DNA of 43,864 nucleotides, the filler included, from Sphacelaria rigidula (lineage: Eukaryota): assembly GCA_964200075.2 (NCBI GenBank). It is 2 parts of 2 records of this genome, joined end to end, with 100 filler letters (N's around TTAATTAATTAA, not from the genome) between each part and the next. Parts side by side here need not be neighbours in the genome. Positions count along the whole stretch, not along the records: positions 1 to 21,884 come from CAXNAA020000377.1; positions 21,985 to 43,864 come from CAXNAA020000378.1. One strand, given 5' to 3'. Positions within the stretch are counted from its first letter, which is position 1, and each line of letters starts with the position of its first letter. The notes under the pieces are model-generated. The model made no database searches. It was not told the DNA's origin and saw only the letters and a program-made list of their open reading frames with translations. A program made the translations under genes and the position numbers. Of the stretch, positions 11,901 through 24,483 are shown one piece after another.

Positions 11901-14900
11901 GTCGAACGCCGATTGTTGACATCTGGCTTCACCCCGGTGAGCATCACCGCCAAAATCTGCCAAAGCATTTTGATCGCCTTTGGACAAGCCCGCGGCCGTA
12001 AGGCGCCCATCCTTGTCAACGACTAGCTTTGCCCCACCTCGTGAACTATGATGCGTAGGAGAAGATGCGGCGCCGCGAATAGTCATCCATTTGTCTGCGA
12101 GTTCATCCCTCCCAGGGGGCACGCCTCCTCTGTTATCGTTGGAGGAAGCTATGAACCAAGTGCTCGGGTCGTCGTTGACGTTGTCGGATGATCTACCTAA
12201 CTTATTCGTTTTGTCGCCAAGGAGTTCACACGGGGTATTCCCATTGTCAGTAGTGCCAAGCAACTCGACGGGAGAACATGCATCAGCCGTTGGTCCGACC
12301 GCTGTTCTAATGCCACGATCGAGGAATCCGTCTCCCAGGTGGCTAGTCTCTGCGAGAATGTGTCCAGATTCACCACCATGTGGTGCAGCGGTACCAGGAG
12401 AACAATCTGATTTGCGTCCATTCATAGTAGCTGTCTGTCTTACCAAGCGCAGCTTGTGCATCAGGAAACCATTCCAATATGTTTCGCACGACAAGTGGTC
12501 TGCGTCTGAATCCGAACCCCTATATTCATCGGAAACGGAAGGCTCGTCTGTCTCGACTTCACATTTGGCGTTTGCTGTCGATATTGTCGCCGACAACAAC
12601 GGTGGCGATACCCCAGACGTGCCTTCCTCCCGCATATCGCTAGTGTTGCCCGCCGCTCGTTGGAGCATAGACTCAATTGCGCCTCGCACACCCAATACCG
12701 CGAGTTCCACACGTGGCTGCATCACTGCTGCGAAAGCCGAGCGTACAATCCTGTCAACCGCTCGCTCCGCGAAATCACGTCGGATAACCCAAAGAGGCGG
12801 CTGCTGGAAGAACGCCGGCCGCACTCCGGCCGCACGTGCCTGTAGAACAAGAGCGAACCCGCCCGATGCCGTCTTGTGCTTCGATTGATCCTGCTGCTCA
12901 TGTGAACGACGAGGATGGTACTTTCCTTGCTGATTGTCGGTACGGTGACGGGGGTCATATGTTCCCCGCGTCGATCCGCGGATACTTGTAGCAGTAGTGA
13001 CTGGGAGTATTATCTCCGTCCAAGTTTCGCGAAGGAGATCTCGTTCATGAAACGAGGCTTTGGCATAATGAGCACTACTTACAAGTTCATGCGCTCCCGA
13101 TGGTGAGCCGCCGACATCTATTTGACGAATCAGATCCGAAGAAGCGTTGCCGGAAGGATCGCTGGCTACGGCAATCCGGAGGCAGTGCGATTGACCCCCG
13201 CAATTATCGACACCCCCTGGAGTACAGTCGCCGCGGGAGTTGGAACAACTGAGGGTGTCCGATGTTTCCATCACCGACGGCATGTACATGGGCAGCATAA
13301 CACGGCTGCTGGTTGTGCCAATATCAGAATAACTGCTCATGTTCTCGTCTGTCGGCACGCGAGTAGGCGCTCGCTTCGAAGACAATTGTAGCTCGTCAGA
13401 GTTGAGATATTCTCGTGTATCGTTGTGGCGACTTCGTGGCGGGATGGTTATAATGGCTGCAAGGTCTCCATTCCACACCATGTTTACAACTGCCGACGGT
13501 GTCCCTCCACTGAGCACATCATCAGTGGCCAACACACCGCGGGAACAAGACCCATTTCGTGCTTCAGATGGAAATAGAACAGGGGCGGGGCGAAGGCTGC
13601 GTATACCTATCACGCGGAGCTCAATCCGAGCCACCTGCAGTGTTTTGAAGATACGTCGGGACAAGATCGGTCTACACAGACCGTAATATTCAAGTGAAGC
13701 AGCCCTTTATTGCCCGATGTGTTCAAGAGTTTACTCAAACGGCAACATGGATCTACGGCTTTGCCGTATTCCCTGCGGGCTGACGATGTTTGGTACAAGG
13801 CTAGGAGGAACCGGGACAAAGATTGTCACTCAATAAAACTATCGTCTCTTGTAGAGCTCCTCGAACATGGTCATTCCTGGTCCTGGTAGGAATGCATATC
13901 GGAGCTGTGGGAAGAATTATTGAGACGTACCAGCGGCAAGCGAAAGCAGAGCTACCTTGAGTCACTCCAAATGTACCGTCGCTTGAAGCATATGCAGCAC
14001 GCTATAGTAAAGAAAGATGGCGCTTCTGGAGTGATCTTACATTACTTGGTTTTTCATGCACAAGAGCAAATAGTTCCGTAGTCACAGAAATGATCATCAT
14101 GACACTAATCATTATCTAGTGAGGACACTTTCTACGATACCCCCTCCCCAAAAAAGTGCCTGGTTTGGGGAGGCAAAATCTTCACCTAAGTCGAAATGAA
14201 AAACGCCGAGCACAACAAGCAGGTGGGAATCCCAACGCTTCGGTTCGTTCTCTCCGATGTCGCCCATATGAGGCGCTTCATGCAGCCTGAACCCGAACAT
14301 CAGGCGCTGTATGATCATTATTTTCGTGACACTCTTGAGCTGGTTTATCGTAGAAAGTGGCTAAGGACTAGCACCAATGACATACCCGCTGTGCATACGT
14401 ATCTATAACAGCGCCGCTTTTGTTCCGGAAATCACATCCTATCTCAGTTTTTGACGAGGTTAAGTTTCTTCGCTGCGACGTTTTCAGGCGTCGGGATAGT
14501 ATCTTACCTTGCCAGGAATTTCATCGATAATATCCGCGATGATACCGAGCAGCACGCCAGTTACAACAAGGCGTGTCCGCGTACGCTCTTGGTCCTCGAG
14601 AGAAAGTAGAAGGCGTAAATGCCATCCGCTATCGAGTCGGGGAGCACTCTCCTCATCCGATGCTATCGAGGAACCGCTTGAGACGGAGTCCCCGTCAGTG
14701 GAGTACGGCTCACTGCTGTCACTGCACCGTGTTGGCAGAATGTGAATCACCTGCCGATGAAATATATTCACATCAAAGGAGTATTCACTCCCGGTCGCGC
14801 CAAACCTCAGTTGGTAGTTTTCATGGTAAACGCCCAACTTCTGGTTTATAATGCGAAACATATTCGTGATTTTTGATTGAATCAAAAGATCGTGAATTTG

Positions 14901-17900
14901 CGAAGATCATATGTTTGCTTGTCAGGACCGGGAAATATGGCCCGACGAAGCGCGTCCAGTAGCCGGGAACATGATTAAGAAAATACGCTGGCGAGAGAAG
15001 ACTCGCTTGGACAACAAGCGTTTCTCGCGAATTCTTGGCAAGCGAGCAGGCGGGATGTCGGACTGAAACGGGATTCAGGGAACGGTCAGATTCCTAATGC
15101 AGCTCCCACCACTCGTTTATACTGCGCCGCTTCGTGTGCCCTCAGCAGCAACATACATTATTCATCGGTGCATGCGACCACGGGTGGCCACTGAGGTGCC
15201 TGCAACCTCAAATTTGGACGTTACAGACCTTGTGCAAGGCCTGCAACGTCCAAATTTGAGGTTGCAGGCACCCCAGGGGCCACCCGTGACACCATGAATC
15301 CATAGTGAAAACGATACTCGCAGATACGGTGTTACACACGCAGGAACATGGTGGCGATTGTTTTGGCGTGATATCACTTACTTGCTGTGATCCGAGCATA
15401 CACAACACATCGGCGGCTTCGAGAACCCGTCGTCCAATTGGTTCCACCTGTGCTGATCCCGACATAAACGCAGACCATGGGTCCAACGGCACTCTTGAAC
15501 GATAAGTCGAAGATTTATCGCCCCTATTACACTCGCTCCGCTGTTTTGCAGCGCTATCGTAAACATGAACAAGACCCTTTGGATTTGATCCCATCAGCTT
15601 GTTGAGTGTCACGGTCAGGAGCGGGGATCGAACCGCCTTCACTTCCCCTTGTTCGCTCCGCCGATGGCTGCGATGAGATCCCCTTTGCTTCCCCGCACGC
15701 AGGTACGCGCTGGAAGCATTGCAGCTGTTCGCGTGGTTCTGCACCATACCACTACAGCCGTCCACCGTGGAAAGAGGGAGATAAAAGACTTCACCTTCCC
15801 AGCGGGAGATAGGAAGCCCCCTCAGAGGAGACCGCGTCCCACCGATCACATCACCGCACCAGCCCACCTCACAAAAGTACACGGAGTTCGTCTGGCTGAT
15901 GTCGCATGTCCTACGATGGTAAACATCAGCGTCGGACCTCGGCGAAGACTCCACGATATCGTGAACGGATATCAGTTCCAATTTAAGGGTGGTTGCCGGA
16001 CACCATCCGTTAAGGACGAAGCGCCGTCTCTTTTTTGACTGGAGTTCGCTGTAATATCCGCTGTCAAATACGCCCAGGCGATTGCTCGACGATGATGCAA
16101 CCACTGTCGACTCATTTTCGCCGTTGGTCATCGCCCCTTCCTTATCTCCCCCCCGCTCGCGCTGGCCTGTCTCCTTCCCTGTACGATCTCGGACCAACCT
16201 CACACGAACATCCACTTCCGTTATCCCTGCAATCGCCGCTGGTATGCCGCAGCCATCAAGGCCATCATCACCACGAGTACCGCTACCCTGTGTAGTCCTC
16301 TCTTTTCCCCAATCACCCCCTTCACTTCGATTCAATTCAAGTCGAATCACCCCCCCATTTGCCTCTAATGCCCGCTTCCGCCCCGATCCGCACCCCGCTG
16401 GCTGTGTACCCCTCGCGCCACCAGCCGCAGCAGCCAGCAGAGACCTCGCATCGATTCCCGCGTGGCCAATGAATCCGCCGTGATCGTTGAATGCCGACTG
16501 GTTTGCCTTGGCGAAATGACTCGGGTCGACGTATTTCCCCGCCACTTTGCGGGCGAACCCAACGGTTGCGGCGCGAATGCCAGCAATGCGGCGGCCGCAG
16601 GCCCCACGCCATGCCCTCTGGATGTCGAGTGTGGCGTGCAGTTCTGCCAGTGCTCGCAGTCGCTGACGCTTCAACCTGACCAAGCGATATACGCGGCAGT
16701 GTTGTGCAAGTTATTCCCTTAGCTCTACTGTAATCACGGTGTATGTTCCCATGCTCGAAGACAAGCCTCTGCGGGGCATACATCCGATGAGGACTATGTA
16801 CATCCGTGATGAATCGAGGGTTAGATATCAGCCGCGTGAACTGCTGAGGCACGGCTACTTCTGTCTCATATTTTTAGTTTTCTTGTATTCTCCTGGTTTC
16901 GTTTCTATTCGACGCAATGTCGTACACATCCTCCCGCAAGTACTTGTCGCCGGGAGCCAAAAGCAAGGGAGTACATGTTGGCGAACTGACTTTGGTTCTA
17001 ATGTAAAGAAAAAAATGAGTCACAAAGTTTTTCAATGGAAATATACTTATATGGAGTGAACGGGCTATCCGATGGCATGCGCCCGAAAGGAGGGCATTTG
17101 TGAAAACCGGCGACTCATACTGTATTTGAGAAAATTATCAGTTTAGCCTACCATGACAACTTTCCCAGGTATGTCGCCTTGAACATGAAACCTTCCTCAC
17201 ATGTCTCGCCGCGCGTGGTCCGCCCGCGCCATGGCCACAATCCGGTGCAACCGATACTTCCACTTTTGTTGAATAACCTGTACTGCTCGAAGTTGAATAG
17301 CTGCTACCAATCGGGACTCCCACGCGGTCGTGGTCGCAAGCAAGATCCCGGTAGAACAGCCTTTCATGTCGTGAACAAGAAAGCCTGCCAGTGAGGGGAG
17401 AATCTCTGAGGATCACGATACGTATACCCCAGGGAGGCATGGAGCAAGGAGGCAATACGAATTCAAGCAGCAACGAAGAAACAATTGGTCAAGAACCTTG
17501 TGGGCTGCATATACGCTTCGCACGCGCACCGCCGTTGTGGACATCTAGAGGGGCTCTAGGTGCCAGGATACAAAACAATCGTTTATGCTGCAGGGTGGAC
17601 ACTACCTAATTTTGCGCGGAACTCCGATAGTGCGAACGCAAACTGGCGACGTTGTTCAGCTTTGCCGAACGGAAACGAACCATTGCCGACATGTCAAATC
17701 TCGGTCAAACCTAAATCAGGCCGGCGGCGCCACCATATTGGTGAAGCTTCCCATGAAACGTCCATCTGATACAACGTTGAAACCCAGTGGTTGCGAAGTA
17801 TCTATTATTCGTAAGCACTGTGACGGTTCAAGAGACAACTCTTAAACCGTCACAAAAGTTAGTCGTGGGGGTTCGTTCGATCCCCGTCATTTTCACTCCG

Positions 17901-20900
17901 AGGAGGGCGACTCCCCTTGCGAGCGCTCTATCGACTACCATCAGGATCTCTACTGTTGACGCTCTCACGGTGACCTTGGATTACTCGTCCCCCCCACTCA
18001 TTTCCAGAGTGTGTGCACTGGGGTCCCTAGCAGTACACTCCAAACATGGCCACCAGGCTGTACCCCACCCTTTTTCTTTTCGACCAATTTTTTACCGAGG
18101 TTTTCTCTCCTTTGGGCCAATTTTTTACAGAGGTTTTATCTCCTCTTTTATCTTCAAAGAAAGTGCGTCCGACGGGAATCAAACCAGCGACTAGCTTTTG
18201 TGACGGTTCAATAGACAACCAACTAGACTACTGACCAGTCAGCGCTGATAAATGTACTATAGCTAGATGTAACATCCTAGATGGATATCCTCGGCATGAG
18301 ATCCCAGACCGATATCCCACGTAGACGTGGACATTCCACGAGTTGAGTATTGTATCTCAGATGGATATCCATATCTTACACTTGTGACCACGGCTGGATC
18401 CACGACGGCTGGATCCCTCGGGGATCATTTATTGTGCGACAATCGAATAAACAATCAATCCATCAATCAATCCGATGATTTTACGATAATTGAAGACCGT
18501 GAAACCTTCGGAAGTTGATCCAAACATGAACGTTTACTCCTGCAGTAGTTGCAGGGACCACAACGATACCTTTTGGGAAACGGCCGACAAGCCAATAGCG
18601 CTCCACCAACTGCGCCGCTGCCTCGGCGTAGAAAAAGCCCCAACGCAGCGCACTAAAGACAGCTCTACAGCGATAACATCGCCAGCGTGTCTGTACGAGT
18701 GTTGCCGAGGCGTTAAGTTTGCACCGGCGTTTGGAGAACATTCTCCAAAACCGAAGTTTTATCACGTAGCTGTGTGATGACAAAAAGCACGGCGAGAGGC
18801 AATTGAAATTTTACAAGATTAGGTCAAATATGAGTTCACCGCGGCGATTTTTTATACTGTACTTCAAACCTCTCCAGCATGGTATAGTATACACGGTATC
18901 TAGTTGCTGAAAGTATTTCACTCCTGCTTCACTTCATCAGTCGTCGTTCTCGGTCACATGATCCCTTCAGCATACCGCGTTCTTCATGTTGCTATGAGAT
19001 ATGTATGCAACAAAAAGTAGTCGTGTAAGGCACGTTGGGTTTCGCCGCGGTATCTCCCCTTCACGAGCAACCACCTCCGCAACCCGTGCTCGGCGCCCTA
19101 CCTCGACACCTCTCTCTCACCGCCACATCACACCATCAAGCGCCGAGGAAGCAGCCATCTCCGCTCCATATCGATCCACGCTCCTTATCTCGTGGCCAAC
19201 AGTAGCCCTCAGTGAATGGACAATTGCGCAGCATCGACGACAATACCTCATATGCCGCCGTCGGTCACAACCTGTGATACACACGGCCCTCGCTGCCGGA
19301 GGACACGGGCGGTGTGGCTTCCCGAGTTCGTGTGCCGATCCCGTTTCCACCGCTCGCTGGAAACACGCCTCACAGACACCGTATTTCGCGGCTGCCTACA
19401 GCAGTGCGGAGGTTGAATGCGTGCTAGTGATGGTCTGTATATGTATATGCGTATGTGTAGGAAATATTTGTAAGTTTATATGCAAAGCTGAGAAGACGAC
19501 ATCGGGTACTTCCCGCAAAAAAAGACAATGCTTGCGGATTTGTTTCTGAAGCACAGCGCATCTTTAAACGAGCTCAATTGAACGGCAACGCTAGGTTTAA
19601 TCAGCATAATAGATAATATGTAGATGTCAACATTATTACTGAATCCGCTGCAACTGACCAAATTCTTCAAAAAGTAATGCTTTTGCTACGGAAACACGCA
19701 TGCACTTTCGCTACGAAGTCAAGGAAAACATGCCCTGATTGTGACCGGCACCAGGTTTCCCCTTCCTTCTTGTACAAAAACGTGAAGACAAGCAATACAC
19801 ATAGGACACTTTCGGAGATCCCTGCTTACCCTCGACTGGAACCCAAGCCATGCGCGCTGCATAAACACTGCCGCGCGCTCTTGCTGGCGATGCAGCGACA
19901 CGAAAACCACCTCTCTGGAGACAACAGCACCCAACTTTCGCTGTTCCAAGCCTGCGGTTGTTCGCTGATAGCACTCCATGCAGAGTTCCTGGAGACCCGG
20001 CGTGAGCATAGGTTCCCACACGGCGGGGGTCGATAGAAGGGATGCTCAGGCCATAAGGCTATGCACGTGATCACTATACCATAGGTTTTCTGGAAAAATA
20101 ATACATACGCCTGCCGCGAGAATCAGTGGGTTGTGGTTCCTTGCTCCCTGTTGTTACAGTACGCAGGAAAAGTTGGTTGAGGAAGTGCCAAAAAGATAGC
20201 TGGCTGTCATCAGAGCGTCCTCTTCGGTGGATGCTCTTTCCCGCTTCTGTCTCTAGGCTTGTAATGAAGTCACCGTGCAGCCAGTTAAGCCGCCACTGGT
20301 GCCCGTAGCTCCGGCACAGAATGCAGTTGTTCTTCTATGACCAGGGTACGATCGTACAATACGACACAAATGAAGATGCATTCGACTGTGGCACAAGGAG
20401 AAACAAATGATGAGCAGAACGTGCCGGAGACAAAGCGTTGTCCGTCATGCATGCAACAAGATACAACCCGAAATCTGAAGAATGTAGAGCTGCAGTAGAT
20501 CGCATATCGCATACACGGTGATGTGCTCTACTACCGCACTGCATTGACTGTTTTACACCGTCATACTGTACATATTTGGGTAGAATGTTGTGTAGCGGGG
20601 CAGAGCATACTTGGGGATTCTACCGACAATTGTGATGGTCCCCGATATTTTGCGACGACGGTGACATACTCTAGTGCCGTCGTGAGTGCTGTCTCTTCAG
20701 CATTTAGTACAGCATTCATGAGCGTTTCACGTATCAGACACGCCTATGTATCCTACGCCACACGCACTTCTGTAGTTTATACCTGTTCCGTGCCAGCGAA
20801 GAACACTTCGGGTTGCCGCGCGCAGCAAGATGCACAGGCCCCCCATTTCCGTAAAATCTTGCGCTTCAGCATCTGCCGCTGCAATAGCCATCGTGATACA

Positions 20901-21061
20901 AGACCCTGCACCGTACGTGCAGCTGTATGCAGTATTTGCACATCTCTAGCCGTGTGCGCCTTGCGCCGCCCCGCTCTCCCCCGTGCCACCCTTTGTATCG
21001 TGATGGCCGCGTGCAATCGTTTACTGCGACGGACTGAGAGACGCCGCACAAACTTTCTGCC
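1418..21061 (-). CDS. Large multi-exon gene: B-box-like zinc fingers + IQ motifs + ~7 C2-like domains (5' end not located; 3' end probable)
   Basis: Phase-compatible AG/GT exons read on the minus strand: 21061-20783, 19988-19830, 19395-19121, 18769-18570, 17384-17201, 16675-15382, 14750-14508, 13634-11705, 11354-11162, 10986-10875, 10345-10125, 9734-9194, 8840-8100, unresolved small exons ~7920-6400, 5756-5424, 4858-4343, 3884-3732, unresolved ~3650-2950, and a last long exon ~2900-1418. IQ-like motifs: ITIQRVARGRAGRR, FMQRAWLGFQSR, LVQTRWRCYRCR, VIQQKWK, DIQRAWRGACGRR. B-box-like: CEAC..ARAVCITGC..YCRRCCAIVHSLRATVGH. C2 motifs are given in the exon entries. Confidence 0.8.
4343..5756 (-). 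CDS. Two exons (5756-5424, 4858-4343) encoding one split degenerate C2 domain
   Basis: LFLRVEAVSGL..ARIFWGGEEV in the first exon and VQLRVEVWRGTHCLGQ in the second. Both junctions are phase 0 with cag/gt sites. Confidence 0.65.
5110..5239. repeat. Intronic fold-back (~48 bp imperfect arms)
   Basis: AGAGAGTTTCGGAAAACAA..CTCAGGGATAATT pairs with AATTATCCCTGAG..TTGTTTTCCGGAACTCTCT. Confidence 0.8.
8100..10345 (-). CDS. Exons 10345-10125, 9734-9194 and 8840-8100 encoding two C2 domains
   Basis: VEVIDAH..NPYVVLTLNGK..SPVWSSETFRVKLP..DVFLGEATLPF, then IALKIYEAENL|PTESLNACCVVFSDGVEVGRT..CEPMW..ISFEIWNDD..IIGRAVL. Splice phases 2 and 0 are consistent. Confidence 0.8.
11705..13634 (-). CDS. 1.9 kb exon with two degenerate C2-like units and long low-complexity inserts
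   Basis: 677-aa ORF with ARIELRVIGIRSL..VNMVWNGD and PRVELAVLGVRG..CETYWNG..FRFFLP..LRIMLW. ctgcag acceptor at the 13634 boundary. A phase-1 donor matches the next exon. Confidence 0.75.
15382..16675 (-). CDS. 1.3 kb exon with IQ motif and a degenerate C2-like unit
   Basis: DIQRAWRGACGRR, then TLKLELISVHDI..YFCEVGWCGDVIGGT..RWEGEVFYLPL. Donor caa|gtaagt at 15382. Confidence 0.75.
17985..18236 (-). mobile_element. Second tRNA-headed SINE-like element (intronic)
   Basis: A box TAGTCTAGTTGG (18230-18219) and B box GGTTTGATTCC (18185-18175), with no proper acceptor stem. The body has a ~33 bp tandem duplication (ccaattttttac.gaggtttt.tctcct). The 3' boundary is approximate. Confidence 0.55.
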
Positions 21062-21353
21062 CTGCAGTGGTGGTATTGACGGTTCGCGAATCGCATAACC
21101 CCGCACTTTAATGTGATGCACAAGACCAGGAAGCTCGAGGCAGACGAGTGCGGATACATTGTTTGGTGTCGGCATTAGCATAGGTGCCTCTGTTGAGCAA
21201 TATATTTTTCCCCATGCCACCGCAGAAAGCATGCGCCTAAGTAAACGCCACATATAGACTGTCTCTTGATGTCGGTGGAGGGAGGCTATCCGACACCTCG
21301 GCTGGAACGGTATGAACAATCGTTGACGAAATTACTTTGAGACGTGCAGTCTC

Positions 21354-21358
<5 letters not shown>

Positions 21359-21398
<40 letters not shown>
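21359..21398. repeat. (GA)20 microsatellite
   Basis: Direct read of the sequence. Confidence 0.97.
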
Positions 21399-21400
<2 letters not shown>

Positions 21401-21884
21401 TCCATTTACATCGACGTATACAGGGACATTTTCTGTCGGGGGCCAAATCCTCTGATTTGGTGTGGGGAGGCATCGAAGAGTGATGCACTACTGTAGAAAA
21501 TTCACTCCCTGGGCGTCGACTGCAAGGTATTGTACTCCGTAGAACCCGATTGTGCCAATACTGCGCTTCTTTTTTACTTCCTCTCGGCCATTAAGCTCAC
21601 TTTCAGGTTTTGCGGTATAACTCGTGCCTATCTTCGACTTTGCCAAGCGTTTTTTTGTTTGCTGCACTCGTAGAGTTTTGGAAAAGAGCTCAAAAACGAG
21701 GTCTTTGCTGAGTCCCCAGAAAATAGTCACCTACAACAGTGTTTTCGTGAGCTTGAGAGTAAGTAGATGATACGATTGAGAGTGAAAAGCGGTCAATCAG
21801 TGAATGAATCGTTTCAGTTCCGAAATGCACTTCCACGAGGCCCAACATGCTTTCTGCAATAATAGCTGGCCACTGAGGCCCTTG

Positions 21885-21984
21885 NNNNNNNNNNNNNNNN
21901 NNNNNNNNNNNNNNNNNNNNNNNNNNNNTTAATTAATTAANNNNNNNNNNNNNNNNNNNNNNNNNNNNNNNNNNNNNNNNNNNN
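21885..21984. other. Assembly gap with artificial six-frame-stop linker
   Basis: 44 N + TTAATTAATTAA (21929-21940) + 44 N = exactly 100 bp. Confidence 0.95.
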
Positions 21985-22971
21985 CCGGAAGTTTCATCCA
22001 ATCCATCTTCAGGTGCAGGGTGCGCATTAGGTAGTGTACATCTGATGTAGCAAGCAGTATGGGTCGCGGTAGAGAGCTTCCAACAGGATACGGCGACCAG
22101 CGGGTCGCCCGCTACTTGCGACTTCGGATTGTACTAATATCCCAATCACCTTGCCACACAGCTCTTTGTGGTCAGGGTGGGTCACCATTTCCCCCCTTTG
22201 TTGCATGCAGCAAATTCTTTTCGAAGGGTATCAGCGTTGCGGCGCGCATGCATACAACAGTATAGTACAGTACAGTGCAGGAAGCCTCTCCGACTGAGGC
22301 AGCAGCTGCTGCTGCATACTCCCTTGCACGTTTTGGGCAATTCTCAGCCACCGAGATCAACTGCCTATATACCGCTTCTTCATCACCGCCGTAGATACAT
22401 GCTGACTGCACACTGCAAGTCATCGGCAGAGGGATAAGCAGAATTAATGACGGTGGCTCCTTTTGTCTTTCCACGGCCCGCCTGGTTTTAGTGCCTCGTA
22501 AAAATGACCACATTGTAGCATGTAATCCTTCCCGGTTTTTTCCGCTCCACCCCGTGTTAGTGTAGTTACTACGTTCTAGTATGAAATTGTGACCCAGAAA
22601 CCCCTCTGGAAAAACTCGGGAACGCTACATATACTGAGTGCAAGTAATATCATGAAACCAAGTTCCGACCGCCCTGCACTTGGAGACAGGGGAAGGCTCA
22701 TCTGGGCCAGGGATAGGGCTCCCACACGATTTTTGAAGTGGCATCACGCTCGCCAACAATCCCCGCGCTGGTCGTTCGGGTGTGGTCGATAAATTTCGCC
22801 TCGCCGTAATTGGTCAGGTCGCTCGAAGACGTGCTTTTCATTACAATATTTCACTCACACAGTTTCAACATTGTGTTAATGGGGGGGCGGTTCCAAAAGG
22901 GTCAAGCCTAAAAAACCAAATTAAGCCAAAACGTATGCGCGCAAACGAAGCTAAAGCCTGCCTGGTGTACC

Positions 22972-23337
22972 ATGTTGTGTTATGTTGTGTGTGTGTTGTC
23001 GTCCCATCTGTTCGGGACGCCACTCCACACCTTTTGGTGGATGTGGCCGCACCAGCCGGGGTCACACAGGAGGAAGGTCAACACAGGAGTTTTTTTTTTT
23101 TCTACTCCACCATCCTTCTGAGTGCTTGCTTTTATTTTTTATCGCGAGAGGGGTTCAGTAGTCCCTTCCCCTCGTCGACCGTGATGTAGAATTTTGAATT
23201 TTGTGTACCCACGACATGGTCGCTCTCCACTGTTGGGCATGGTGTGGAAAAAAATCCAAGATCGCTCCGAGATTTGAACCACGACCCAACCGTCGAAAGG
23301 TTTCGAGGTTACCAACTGAGCCACCGGGGCGACCGGC
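22972..23337 (-). mobile_element. tRNA-derived SINE
   Basis: Minus-strand head GCCGGTCGCCCCGG with A box TGGCTCAGTTGG (23323-23312) and B box GGTTCAAATCT (23280-23270), a ~280 bp body, and an (ACA/CAACA)n simple-repeat tail. It resembles from memory an abundant brown-algal interspersed repeat. Confidence 0.75.
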
Positions 23338-24483
23338 TACAGTGTTGGAGCGCCCAATCTCCAAAAATACCGCCTCCATATTTTTGAAAAGGAATAACAC
23401 TGAATAACACGAATATCCACGTATATATGTTTTTCTGAACTATGAACATGCTCCAACACAGACACCAGGTCGTTACAGTATACCCACGCTGCCGTACAGT
23501 ATAACTGCAGTACAGTACGGCATCATCTGGTTGCAGGACTCCGCCCCCGGATAGGTCTGCTGCAAATAACACACCGTCTATATCTGCGCCCTCTTGATGT
23601 CTTGTGCTGTCTGTACTGTTGAATCAGCAGGATCGCAGACAGACCAAGATATGTAGATGAGCCTTGTTGTTGTTGCTCCTGTTGTTGTTGTTGTGCTTAC
23701 GTTGGAGAATCTTCGTGGTTTGTATCACATTGCTGGGTGCCGTTACACAGACGGCCTGGCCTCTCCATTCATCCATGTACTCATGTACTGTGGTACTGTC
23801 CATACTGCGCGCACAGAGCTAGAGCGGGACATTTTTGTCTGTGAAACTTGAAGCATTGATATTTCAAACAATACTCGTAGGCGGTATATTTCCAGTCGTG
23901 ATGAGGGTAGGAGACGGCGGACTGGAAGGAGTGAAACGACACATATTCCATATTTCCAAACTTCGGTGACAGTTGCTTCGCTCCTTGTACAGAATGGCGA
24001 CTGACGCGGACGTTGGAATGAATACGGCATGTTGAGATTTGAATGAGTATCGCTGATCACGCCGTTGCATTTACTGGGCCCTATACTGTGGAGCAACGGA
24101 TGGTACAGATCGTCCTTTGCGCCCGACAACAAAGCAGGCAGAGACAGCATTTTAGGAGGAACACTGGTGATGGTTAATGGTTTGTTGCGATCATGATCAT
24201 GATCATGAACATTCTCAACCTGAACAAGATCTAGCGTGTTCGTACAGATGCATGCAGAAGTAGTACGACAGACCTCGTAGGTTCACTGTACACTATAGCA
24301 CTGCATGGACCTGCAGAACAACCGCAATGTGTGAAGTGATCAACACAATTAGATCAGCTGCTACGCCAGCCTCATCAACCCTCTTCATGCACAGGAAGCA
24401 TTTGCGATAGGCGAAACTGACAGCCTGGAGCACCAAACGTCAGCACGCGCTTGGTGTTTTCTGGCACTACAGTTGGTACGTAC

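Noticed and set aside
12091..12888. 265-aa plus-strand ORF and similar plus-strand ORFs over 1.3-21 kb
   Set aside because: Antisense shadows of GC-rich exons of the C2 gene.
18164..18236. Functional tRNA gene
   Set aside because: A and B boxes are present but the acceptor and anticodon stems do not pair; treated as a SINE head.
21929..21940. TTAATTAATTAA as a piggyBac target or biological motif
   Set aside because: Centred in a symmetric N run; an assembly linker.
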